A DNA stretch of 64,000 nt from Alphaproteobacteria bacterium (lineage in GTDB: Bacteria > Pseudomonadota > Alphaproteobacteria > UBA2966 > CAIVPW01): contig CANKGV010000014.1 of NCBI GenBank assembly GCA_947481575.1, forward strand, positions 2,903 through 66,902, written 5' to 3'. Of the stretch, positions 52,383 through 60,750 are shown in pieces. How positions within the stretch are numbered: position 1 is the first letter of the stretch; the number at the start of each line of letters is the position of its first letter. The notes beneath the pieces are model-generated. The model made no database searches. It saw only the letters and a program-made list of their open reading frames with translations, and had not been told where the DNA came from. Position numbers and translations under genes: made by a program.

Positions 52383-53431
52383 TCCAGGTCCTCCGGCCAC
52401 AACAGACGATCGGATGCGACATCGCAGGCCAAACGCCGTCCGATCAAGCGCGGCAGTTCAGCGGCAGCGATTCCCGTGCCAGGCTTCTTGGTGGTGAGCA
52501 TCTCTGCAGTCAACGTAGTTCCCTTGGGCTGCGCCCGTACCAGGGCGACGCTCTTATTGAAGAGCGCCCGCATGGGTGCCAATTCTTTGGCCGCCGCGTC
52601 CTTGTCGACCGGATTGGCATCCAACAGCGCGAACGCATCGATCGCCTCGCGCAGCAAGCGGAACTGCGGCGGAGTGAGCGACACGGCGACATCCGGCCCG
52701 AACATGCGGCGATCGAGAGCAAAATGGACTTCGACCAGATCGACCCCACGGGCGATGGAAGCTAGGGCTGGGTACAGACTACCCGAATGATCGGATAGCC
52801 CCACCGGGCAGCCGAACCTGTAGCGCAGTTCGCCGATCACGTTGAGGCCGACGTGCTCCAGGCCAGTGGGGTACTTGCTGGTGCACTGGAATAAGGCCAA
52901 CGGGGACCTTGCCTGGCGCACCAGCGCGACCGTATTGCCGATGTCGGCGTAGCTGCTCATGCCGGTACTGAGCAGCACCGGCCCGCCGGCGGCGGCCATG
53001 GCGCGGATCAGGTCGTGGCTGCCGACCTCGCCCGATCCGACCTTCCACGCGGCCATGCCGACCTGCCGGAGCATTTCCACGGCGGCGACGGAAAACGCCG
53101 ACGAGAGGAACGCGATGCCCTTGTCGTGCGCGTGCTTAGCCAGCCCTGCCCACTGATCGGCGGTGAACTCCATGCGGCGCCAATAGGCGTAGCGTGTGTC
53201 GTCCTGCTGGCTGAATTTGACGCGGAACTGCTCATCCAGCGTCGACTCGGCGGCGGCGATGTGAGTCTGGAACTTCACCGCATCGGCGCCAGCGTTGGCC
53301 GCTTCTTCCACGAACGCGTGAGCGAGGCCAAGGGAGCCATCGTGATTTTGCGCTACTTCAGCGATCAGGAATGCCGGGCGCCCGGGACCGATTTCGCGCG
53401 TGCCGATGCGAATGGTGGCGGGGCCGGTCAT
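52379..53431 (-). CDS. neuB: N-acetylneuraminate/nonulosonate synthase with C-terminal SAF domain
   Basis: IAEVAQNHDG, ADAVKFQTH, KVGSGE, LSTGMS, CTSKYP, GLSDHS, EVHF, GPD, KKPGTGI. Confidence 0.94.
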   Translation of the reverse strand: MTGPATIRIGTREIGPGRPAFLIAEVAQNHDGSLGLAHAFVEEAANAGADAVKFQTHIAAAESTLDEQFRVKFSQQDDTRYAYWRRMEFTADQWAGLAKHAHDKGIAFLSSAFSVAAVEMLRQVGMAAWKVGSGEVGSHDLIRAMAAAGGPVLLSTGMSSYADIGNTVALVRQARSPLALFQCTSKYPTGLEHVGLNVIGELRYRFGCPVGLSDHSGSLYPALASIARGVDLVEVHFALDRRMFGPDVAVSLTPPQFRLLREAIDAFALLDANPVDKDAAAKELAPMRALFNKSVALVRAQPKGTTLTAEMLTTKKPGTGIAAAELPRLIGRRLACDVASDRLLWPEDLE

Positions 53432-55194
53432 TCGGCCACTCCGGCGAGCGGCACACCCGGATCCGCCAAGCTGACGCGGCGCGCACCATCGGCGCCGATC
53501 CGGTACACGACGTCGGCCTTGGCAACCGCGGACGCGCGGTGCGCAATGACCAATACCGTGGCGTTGCCCGACAGGCGCGCGATGGCATCGCGCACCAAAG
53601 TTTCGGAAGCGCCGTCCAGGGCACTGGTGGCTTCGTCGAACACGTACAGGTCGGGCCGGCAAAGTACCGCACGGGCGATGGCGACCCGCTGGCGTTCGCC
53701 GCCGGACAGCGACTTGCCGCGATCACCGATCGGCGTGTCGTACCCTTGGGGCAACCCGCGAATAAACGCATCGGCATTGGCGATGCGCGCCGCCTCGACG
53801 ACGTCTGCTTCCGGCGCATCGGGACGGCCGAAGCGAATGTTGTCGCGCACACTGGCGTTGAAGATCACAGGGTGCTGGCTGACGTAGCCAACGTGCCGCC
53901 GCAGCGATGCCACGTTGTATTCGGCGATATCGGCGGAACCGTACCGGATGGTGCCCGCCTGCGGTGTCAGCAGCGCCAGCAGCAAGTCGGCGACGGTGGA
54001 CTTGCCCGCGCCGGAGGAACCGATCAACGCAGTGGTTTTGCCGCGCGGGATCACCAGATTCAGGCCGCTGAATACGTCGTGACCCGGCACATAGGCGAAC
54101 CGCACGCCGCGCAGTTCGATGTCGCCGTCGAGGCCGGTGAACTCGCGGCCCGCGGTGAGCGGTTCCGGGTCCGGCGCCTGGACCAACAGGTCGTGCACCA
54201 GGTCGAACGACGGCAGGTACGCGGCGATCTTCATACGTCCGGCGATCAGGAAGTTCACGTTCACCAACAGGCGTTGCGCGAGCATCAGAAAGAACACCAA
54301 CGGGGCGATGTAGTCGCCCGGATCGACACCCATCACCCGCTTGGCGACGATCAGCGTTGCGCCAAGCAGAAACACCACGAGGAAGTCGGTGGACTGCACG
54401 GGGACTTCCTTGATCGCGCGAAACCACGTTTCGGCGACGGTGTGGCGGCGCAGGCGTTCCACCACCTCGGCACGGATGCGGCGATAGGCGTTGTACAGCT
54501 TCACTTCGGTCGCACCGGCAATCGCCTCGGTGACGATCGCCGAAACCTCCTGGTGCAACTGGATGTGCAGCTTGCCGTTCTTGATCGAATAGCGAAGCGT
54601 GGGACGCCGCGCCGCATAGAACAGCAGCGCACCGAGCGCGCCGACCGCCAGCGTGGTCTGGTAGTTGGCCGTGAGCAGCACCGCCACCAGCACAACCGAC
54701 ATCAGGGAGCGGTTGGCAAAATCGAGCAGCACGGTCATGCCGCGAGCGGCACGGTAGGTTTCGACCGTGACGTTGTGGACAATGGTGCCCTGCTTGTCGT
54801 GGGCGATGGTGTCGCGCGGCGCCGCCAAATAGTGATCCAGGATCGACGCACACCAGTCATCGCGCAGCAGCAGCGCAAAATAGTCCGACAGGGCGTTGGT
54901 CAGGACCAGCACCGCGCCTTTGAGAAAGAAGATGCCGATCAACGCAACCAGGAGTGTTTCCAGCTCCCAGCCGTGCGGCAGGTGGGAGGTGAGCAACGCC
55001 GCGTACGCGGCGAGTTTGCCGGTGCCTTGGGCGCCATCGCCGATCAGGCCGTACACAATCGGCAACACGAGCGAGATACCGAAGCTCTCCATGGCCGCCG
55101 CTGCCAACATGAGCCCGAACAGGCCGATGGTCAGCCGGCGGCGCTTGCCGATCAGGCGGTCGAAGATTCGGAAGCGTGCCGACCAGGACGCCAC
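53428..55194 (-). CDS. ABC transporter, fused permease/ATPase (MsbA/PglK-type, probable lipid-linked glycan flippase)
   Basis: N-terminal TM domain, Walker A GSSGAGKST, signature LSGGERQR, DEATSALD, IAHR. Located at the head of the glycan operon. Confidence 0.88.
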   Translation of the reverse strand: MASWSARFRIFDRLIGKRRRLTIGLFGLMLAAAAMESFGISLVLPIVYGLIGDGAQGTGKLAAYAALLTSHLPHGWELETLLVALIGIFFLKGAVLVLTNALSDYFALLLRDDWCASILDHYLAAPRDTIAHDKQGTIVHNVTVETYRAARGMTVLLDFANRSLMSVVLVAVLLTANYQTTLAVGALGALLFYAARRPTLRYSIKNGKLHIQLHQEVSAIVTEAIAGATEVKLYNAYRRIRAEVVERLRRHTVAETWFRAIKEVPVQSTDFLVVFLLGATLIVAKRVMGVDPGDYIAPLVFFLMLAQRLLVNVNFLIAGRMKIAAYLPSFDLVHDLLVQAPDPEPLTAGREFTGLDGDIELRGVRFAYVPGHDVFSGLNLVIPRGKTTALIGSSGAGKSTVADLLLALLTPQAGTIRYGSADIAEYNVASLRRHVGYVSQHPVIFNASVRDNIRFGRPDAPEADVVEAARIANADAFIRGLPQGYDTPIGDRGKSLSGGERQRVAIARAVLCRPDLYVFDEATSALDGASETLVRDAIARLSGNATVLVIAHRASAVAKADVVYRIGADGARRVSLADPGVPLAGVAE

Positions 55195-55201
55195 GGTCCG
55201 G

Positions 55202-55714
55202 CTACTCGGCGCGCGCCAGCGCGTCGGCGGCGACGCGCACCGGCGTCTGCCGTCCGAGCAGATCGAGCAGAATGATCACTCGCTCGCGGTCGAGGCGGCG
55301 CTGGAACAGGCCGACGCTATCCAACAACGCGCCCTCGGCGATGCGGACACGGTCGCCGCGCTGGTAGCGGGACGAAGCACCCTTACGGTCATCGAGATCG
55401 ATCAGGCCGCCCTCGCCTTCCCGCGCCTGCAGCTCGGCGATGACGCGATCCGGCACGGGTGTGGGGCCCGATCCGAAACCGACCAGGGCGCTCACGCCAC
55501 GGGCGAAACTGATCGCCCGGGCACCGGTGACGCTGAGGTCGGCACGGACGAACAAGTAGCGCGGGAACAGCGGCGCTGGGCCGACGACGAGACCGCGTGC
55601 ATGGCGCCGGCGCTTATTGTAGAGGGGCAGATAGACCTCGAGCCCGCGCTCCCACAGGTTGGTGCGCGCCCACAACTCGCCTTCCGGCTTGGTGAAAACG
55701 CAGTACCAGCGCAT
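55202..55714 (-). CDS. NusG-family transcription antiterminator paralog (RfaH/UpxY-like)
   Basis: WYCVFTKP..E, YLP, PLFPRYLFV NGN domain, TRGV-like ARGVSALV, KOW GDRVRI.EG. TGATG overlap with the upstream regulator. Confidence 0.88.
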   Translation of the reverse strand: MRWYCVFTKPEGELWARTNLWERGLEVYLPLYNKRRRHARGLVVGPAPLFPRYLFVRADLSVTGARAISFARGVSALVGFGSGPTPVPDRVIAELQAREGEGGLIDLDDRKGASSRYQRGDRVRIAEGALLDSVGLFQRRLDRERVIILLDLLGRQTPVRVAADALARAE

Positions 55715-56427
55715 CACGCCGAGACCGCTTTGGCCGCGCCGCGCCGCACCCGCGTACGCGACACCTTGAGCAACTGCGGTACCAGAATCCGCGCCGGGCT
55801 GATCGACTCCGCAAGCGTGTCGTAGCTGGCCTGGGATGCGCGGAATTCGGTCAGGATGACGGCGTCGACAGGGCCCAGGCCTGCGAGCTGCGGCGCGACC
55901 GTCACGGTCACGAAGCGGCCCGACTCCGGATCGGGGTCCACCACGCCGGCGATTTCGACGGGGTGTACCATCGCGCACAGCATGGCGATCTCGGCGAGGT
56001 CACCCATCCCGTACAGCGCGACGCGGCGCCAGCCCTGGTGGACGCACTCTTCGAACAGTTCGTCGCACTGGGCCCGAGCGCGCCGATAAAAGCCGAACGA
56101 GGACGTCAGATAACGCGCGGTAAGGCGGCTCTTCTCGGCGAACCCCTTGGGGGTTAGATAGTATATGTAGCGGTTGGCCGGAGCCTCGCTGACCTTAACC
56201 CAGCCGCGCCGCACGCAGCGGCGCAGGTAGGCGTTGGTAAGGCCGAGGGCAATCCCGAGTTCGCTGGCGAGCGAGCGCTGCGAGATCGCGCTGTTTTCGT
56301 GCACGGCGTCCAGGAGGCCAAGCGTGATCGCCGCTTCGCCATCCACGCCGTCGCCGGATTCGGCCGCCAACGTCGCCGGGTTGGCCCCGCGGCGGCGGTT
56401 GTCGGCATCGCCTTTGTTCGCAGCCAT
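55714..56427 (-). CDS. Winged-helix transcriptional regulator, EPS-associated MarR-like, with a C-terminal Rossmann-like domain
   Basis: SQRSLASELGIALGLTNAYLRRCVRRGWVK, RYIYYLTPKGFAEKSRL, then VALYGMGDLAEI. Confidence 0.85.
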   Translation of the reverse strand: MAANKGDADNRRRGANPATLAAESGDGVDGEAAITLGLLDAVHENSAISQRSLASELGIALGLTNAYLRRCVRRGWVKVSEAPANRYIYYLTPKGFAEKSRLTARYLTSSFGFYRRARAQCDELFEECVHQGWRRVALYGMGDLAEIAMLCAMVHPVEIAGVVDPDPESGRFVTVTVAPQLAGLGPVDAVILTEFRASQASYDTLAESISPARILVPQLLKVSRTRVRRGAAKAVSA

Positions 56428-56449
56428 CGAGCCCTTGCGCCCACCGCGC

Positions 56450-56487
56450 GTTCGCGGCGTGAACACTAAGACGTTCACGCGGTGAAC
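56450..56487. promoter_or_regulatory. Candidate tandem operator (two GTTC-N7-GAAC palindromic units)
   Basis: GTTCGCGGCGTGAAC and GTTCACGCGGTGAAC repeat with a 23-bp period, starting 23 bp upstream of the regulator start codon. Confidence 0.5.
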
Positions 56488-56551
56488 GTCAAGGCGGCCG
56501 CCCGGGGACACGCGCCCTGGGAACGGGGTAGAGTAGCCTGGGGAGGCAGCA

Positions 56552-58729
56552 ATGCTGCGGTTGGGTTTTGCCGCGCTGGCACTGTGTATATCGCTGGCGC
56601 CGGCTGCATTTGGTGCGAATCTGGACGCCAGCTTCGACGCTATGCAGCGCGAGGAATGGCCCCGTGCGCTTCGCGAGTTCCTGCCCGCGGCCGAAGCGGG
56701 CGAAGCCGAAGCCCAAACCGCGATGGGCATCCTCTACCAGCAAGGCAGCGGGGTTAAGCAGGACTACGCCGAGGCGGCGCGTTGGTACCGCATGGCCGCC
56801 GACCAAGGCCAAGTAGATGCGCAGGTGTTCCTGGCGTTCCTCTATCAGGACGGTCGAGGGGTGCCCAAAGACATGGGCCTGGCGGCTCGGTGGTACCGGG
56901 CCGCCGCCGACCAGGGGGACGCGACCGCGCAATTGGAATTGGGCCTGCTGTACCAGAACGGCGATGGAGTTCCGCGCGACCTGGTGGCCGCCGCGCAATG
57001 GCTGGAGCGGTCCGCGGTTCAGGACGACCCGGTGGCTCAGTATTACACCGGTCTCAACTACTATTTCGGCCGCGGCGTGGACCAGGATTTCGACCAGGCG
57101 GTGGGTTGGTTCATTTCTGCCGCAGATCAAGGCCACGACGGCGCGGAATACCAACTGGGCCAGTGCTACGAGTTCGGCGACGGCGTCCCCCAGGACTACG
57201 CCGAAGCGGCGTTCTGGTACGAACTTGCGGCCGAACAAGGGCATGCCCGGGCGCAGTTGGCGCTGGGCTATCTTTACGCGGACGGGGTAGGCGTAGCGCA
57301 GGACGATGCCAAGGCCGCCGCGTACTACCAGATGGCGGCGGACGGCGGCCTGGCCGATGCCCAGTACGAACTGGGGCGCGCGTTCGACACGGGGACCGGG
57401 GTGCCGGAGGACGTGGCGCTCGCGTTCCGCTGGTACCTGCGCGCGGCCGAACAGGATCATGCCGACGCCGAGTACCAGGTCGCGGTGATGTTCGACGAGG
57501 GCTACGGCACTCCCGAGGACAATTCCAAGGCGGCCAACTGGTACCTGAAGGCGGCCCGCCAAGGGGTTCGCGGCGCCGCCAACAACCTCGGGGTGATGTT
57601 TGAGTTCGGCGAAGGCGTGCCGCTCGACTTGGTGCAGGCGTACTTCTGGTACCAAGTCGCCAACACCGACCGCGACTACGATCTGGCTGAGCGCAACGCC
57701 AAGGACCTAGAGCCGCAACTGGGCACTGCCGACCTGACCCGCGCACGCGGCTTGGTGGCCGGCTTCGCTGCCGGAACGTACGAGCCGCAGATCGCCGCCG
57801 CGCCTGCGGCACCGCGCGCGGCCGCACCGGCGCCCCAGGCCGCCGCCGCCCGCGACGACCTCAAACGCATGCAGACCAGTTTGGCGGCGTTGGGCTACGA
57901 CCCCGGCCCGGCGGACGGCGTGGCGGGCGAGCGTACCAAGACCGCGATCCGCACCTTCCAGCAGGACTTCGGGCTGCCCGTAACAGGCGCCATCGACGAC
58001 GATTTGCGCCTTGCGCTCAACGTCGCACGCGCCGCCGAGGCGCGCCGGACCAAAGCGGTTGGCGCGGGTCAGGGTCCGGGGGCGCTGTATGGTACCGGGA
58101 CCGGCTTTGTCGTGAGCACGACCGGCCAGATCGTGACCAACAACCATGTCATCCAGGGCTGCGCAGCGGTGCGCGTGCGCTCGGCAGCGCAGCAGACCGT
58201 GGATGCGCGCGTGATGGCGGCGGAAGCGGATGTGGATCTGGCGTTGTTGTCGGCTCCGGACCTGCGGGTGACCCAGGTCGCGAGCTTCCGCACCGGGCGC
58301 GGCGTGCGGCCCGGTGATGATGTTGTGGTGCTGGGGTTCCCGCTGTTCGGCGCCGGGATCGTGGCCGAAGCCGACGCCATCGTGACAACCGGCACCGTGA
58401 GTGCGCTCGCCGGCCCGCGCGACGACCGCCGCATTCTGCAAATGACGGCGCCGGTGCAGCCGGGCAATTCCGGCGGGCCCCTGCTGGACGCCGCCGGCAA
58501 CATCATTGGCGTGGTGGTGGCCAAGTTGGATGCGCTGGTGGTGGCGGACGCCATCGGCGACATCCCGCAGAATGTGAATTTCGCGATCCACGCGTCGAGC
58601 GCACAGGTATTTTTGGACGCCCACGGAGTCGACTACCGCACTGCCGACTCCGGCACGCGCATGGCGGGCGCCGCCGCGGTAGCCGCCAACGCGCGCAGCT
58701 TCACGGTGCTGGTCGAGTGCTTCAAGTAG
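56552..58729 (+). CDS. Secreted Sel1-repeat / peptidoglycan-binding / trypsin-like serine protease
   Basis: Signal peptide; nine 36-aa Sel1 repeats; PG_binding_1-like MQTSLAALGYDPGPADG..G..T..AI..FQ; protease triad TNNHV, D-LALL, GNSGGP. Confidence 0.9.
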   Translation: MLRLGFAALALCISLAPAAFGANLDASFDAMQREEWPRALREFLPAAEAGEAEAQTAMGILYQQGSGVKQDYAEAARWYRMAADQGQVDAQVFLAFLYQDGRGVPKDMGLAARWYRAAADQGDATAQLELGLLYQNGDGVPRDLVAAAQWLERSAVQDDPVAQYYTGLNYYFGRGVDQDFDQAVGWFISAADQGHDGAEYQLGQCYEFGDGVPQDYAEAAFWYELAAEQGHARAQLALGYLYADGVGVAQDDAKAAAYYQMAADGGLADAQYELGRAFDTGTGVPEDVALAFRWYLRAAEQDHADAEYQVAVMFDEGYGTPEDNSKAANWYLKAARQGVRGAANNLGVMFEFGEGVPLDLVQAYFWYQVANTDRDYDLAERNAKDLEPQLGTADLTRARGLVAGFAAGTYEPQIAAAPAAPRAAAPAPQAAAARDDLKRMQTSLAALGYDPGPADGVAGERTKTAIRTFQQDFGLPVTGAIDDDLRLALNVARAAEARRTKAVGAGQGPGALYGTGTGFVVSTTGQIVTNNHVIQGCAAVRVRSAAQQTVDARVMAAEADVDLALLSAPDLRVTQVASFRTGRGVRPGDDVVVLGFPLFGAGIVAEADAIVTTGTVSALAGPRDDRRILQMTAPVQPGNSGGPLLDAAGNIIGVVVAKLDALVVADAIGDIPQNVNFAIHASSAQVFLDAHGVDYRTADSGTRMAGAAAVAANARSFTVLVECFK

Positions 58730-58739
58730 GCGGAGCCGC

Positions 58740-59996
58740 CTAGCTCGGCTGGCCCGCTTCGAGCCGCGCGATCCCGGCGCGCTGCCGCCACAAGGCCAGC
58801 GCCGCGAGGAAGCACAGGACTCCCCCCACCGCGAGCGGGATGCGCAAGCCGGTTACGTCCGACGCCCAGCCCATGAGCAGAGCGCCCAACGCCGGGGCCC
58901 CGCGTACGACGACGCCCCACATGCTGAGGACGCGGCCACGCATGTGCGCGGGCACGCCGGTCTGGATCAGCGTTTGCGTGCATACCCCGAGTACGGCGAT
59001 CGAGCATCCGCATACCACCATGGCGCAGGCCGCCACCCAGATGTTGCTGGCGGCAGTGAACAGCGCGACCGAGGCGGCCGATGCGACCCCGGCGTAGAAC
59101 GAGATCGCAGTGAAGCCGGCGGCGGACGCGCGCTGGGCGAGCCACAAGCCCGCGGCGAGCGCGCCGAGGCCGATCGCCGAGGTGAGCATCGCCAGGCCCG
59201 TGGGGCCGGCGGCGAACACCGCATCGGCGAATCCCGGCAACAACTCAAACGCAGGCCGCACCAGCAGCGACGATGCGGTGGTGAGCAACAGCACCGGCGC
59301 AACGCCGGTGTGGGTGAACGCATATTCCAGCCCGCTCCATACGTCGCCCAACACGCTGGCACCGCGCCGCCCTGGATCGGTGCCAAGGGGAACCCGCAAC
59401 GCATGCAGGGCGATGATCAGGGCTAGGTAGGTGAGTGCGTTGAAGCCGAACGCGTAGCCGACACCGATGCTGGTGATGATCACGCCGGCGATGGCGGGAC
59501 CGACGAACCGCGCGATGTTGAAGATCACCGCATTGATCGCCACCGCCCCGCCGATGTCTTCCTGGCGCACCAGACTGGGCACGAAGGCGAGCCGCGCCGG
59601 CTGAATCCCGGCAGTGACAGTGCCCATGATCAAGCTGAGGACGAACAGCATGTGGATCGAGATCACGCCGGTGACGGTGAGCAGCCACAGTGCAGTGGCC
59701 TGGGTCAGAGACAGCCATTGGCCCGTGAGCATGATGGTGCGGCGCTCGTGGCGGTCGGCCAGCACGCCGCCGAACAATCCCACGGCCAGGGCCGGGAACA
59801 GGTCGGCGAAAGCGACGGCGCCGAGCCAGAATCCGGAGTGGGTAAGGTCCCAGGCCAGCCAGCCGACCCCCAGCCGCTGCACCCACGTGCCGATCAGCGA
59901 GAGCGTGTTGCCGGATGCGTAGATCGCGTAGTTGCGGTTGGCGAACACACGCCGGATGCCGTGCATCCCTAGCATCTGCCGCGCGCGCGCAATCAT
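58740..59996 (-). CDS. MFS transporter (EntS/MFS_3-like)
   Basis: 12-TM pattern, S..GTWVQR, GGVLADRHERR, FNIARFVGPAIAG, RGRVLS. Start may be Met 59975. Confidence 0.88.
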   Translation of the reverse strand: MIARARQMLGMHGIRRVFANRNYAIYASGNTLSLIGTWVQRLGVGWLAWDLTHSGFWLGAVAFADLFPALAVGLFGGVLADRHERRTIMLTGQWLSLTQATALWLLTVTGVISIHMLFVLSLIMGTVTAGIQPARLAFVPSLVRQEDIGGAVAINAVIFNIARFVGPAIAGVIITSIGVGYAFGFNALTYLALIIALHALRVPLGTDPGRRGASVLGDVWSGLEYAFTHTGVAPVLLLTTASSLLVRPAFELLPGFADAVFAAGPTGLAMLTSAIGLGALAAGLWLAQRASAAGFTAISFYAGVASAASVALFTAASNIWVAACAMVVCGCSIAVLGVCTQTLIQTGVPAHMRGRVLSMWGVVVRGAPALGALLMGWASDVTGLRIPLAVGGVLCFLAALALWRQRAGIARLEAGQPS

Positions 59997-60061
59997 GCGT
60001 GTATACTCGGCGCCCGTTTGCCGGTGTGGTTCGGGTGCGAGGTAGCGTGGGCGTTCACGGA

Positions 60062-60658
60062 ATGCGATTCGTCCGGATGGTGCTGGCGGTGGTGGCGCTG
60101 ACCGCTATGTGCGGCTGCTACCTGCCGACCAAGTTCAAGGCCGAGATCAACATCTCGGACAACGGCGACTATACGATGAATTTCAGCGGCACTCTTGCCG
60201 CGCCGGGGATCGCCCCTGGCCTGACCTTCGATCACCCGGACGCAGCGACCCTGGCCGAGCGTGTGGAAAACGTGCGCCGGGACCTGATCCGCGACCCGGG
60301 CTTCCAGGACCTGCGCTACCTCGGCGGCGGCATCTACCAGATCGATTACCGGCGGGCCGGCAACGTGCGGACCGAAAAGACCGTCACGTTTGTCCGCACC
60401 GACAGCAAGATTCTGACCATCGCGTTTGTGAAGACGAGCGGCGAAATCCAGGTTCGCGGCGTAACGATCCCCAGCGCCCAGCGCAAGTGGATCCTGGACG
60501 CCGGCCTGAACATGATCGGCGAACTGCGGATCACCACCACCAGCGCCGTGAAGAACCACAACGCCACCACGGTCATCGACGGCGACAAGGGCGCCAAGAC
60601 CTACGTTTGGGTCATTAACGGGGTCGACGCCAAGGCCCCGAGCTTCACCCTGGGGTAG
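60062..60658 (+). CDS. Hypothetical lipoprotein
   Basis: MRFVRMVLAVVALTAMCGC lipobox-type signal followed by a beta-rich mature domain. Confidence 0.7.
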   Translation: MRFVRMVLAVVALTAMCGCYLPTKFKAEINISDNGDYTMNFSGTLAAPGIAPGLTFDHPDAATLAERVENVRRDLIRDPGFQDLRYLGGGIYQIDYRRAGNVRTEKTVTFVRTDSKILTIAFVKTSGEIQVRGVTIPSAQRKWILDAGLNMIGELRITTTSAVKNHNATTVIDGDKGAKTYVWVINGVDAKAPSFTLG

Positions 60659-60750
60659 CCCCGCCGGCCTAGGGCGGGTCTTGCGCCGCCCCCGAATCTT
60701 GCTACGTTTCGCCTCTTCCGACCCCCTCCAGCCCTGCCTAAGGACACTCC

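Noticed and set aside
46085-53431. Standard legionaminic or pseudaminic acid pathway
   Set aside because: The required aminotransferase, acetyltransferase and PseB/PseG or PtmE-type genes are not in the window. They could be elsewhere in the genome, so this is not fully excluded.
51147-55275. 547-aa and 634-aa ORFs on the + strand
   Set aside because: Antisense shadows of neuC/neuB and the ABC transporter; no protein family signal.
56450-56487. LexA (SOS) box
   Set aside because: The alphaproteobacterial box is a direct repeat GTTC-N7-GTTC and the Gram-positive box is GAAC-N4-GTTC. Neither geometry matches.
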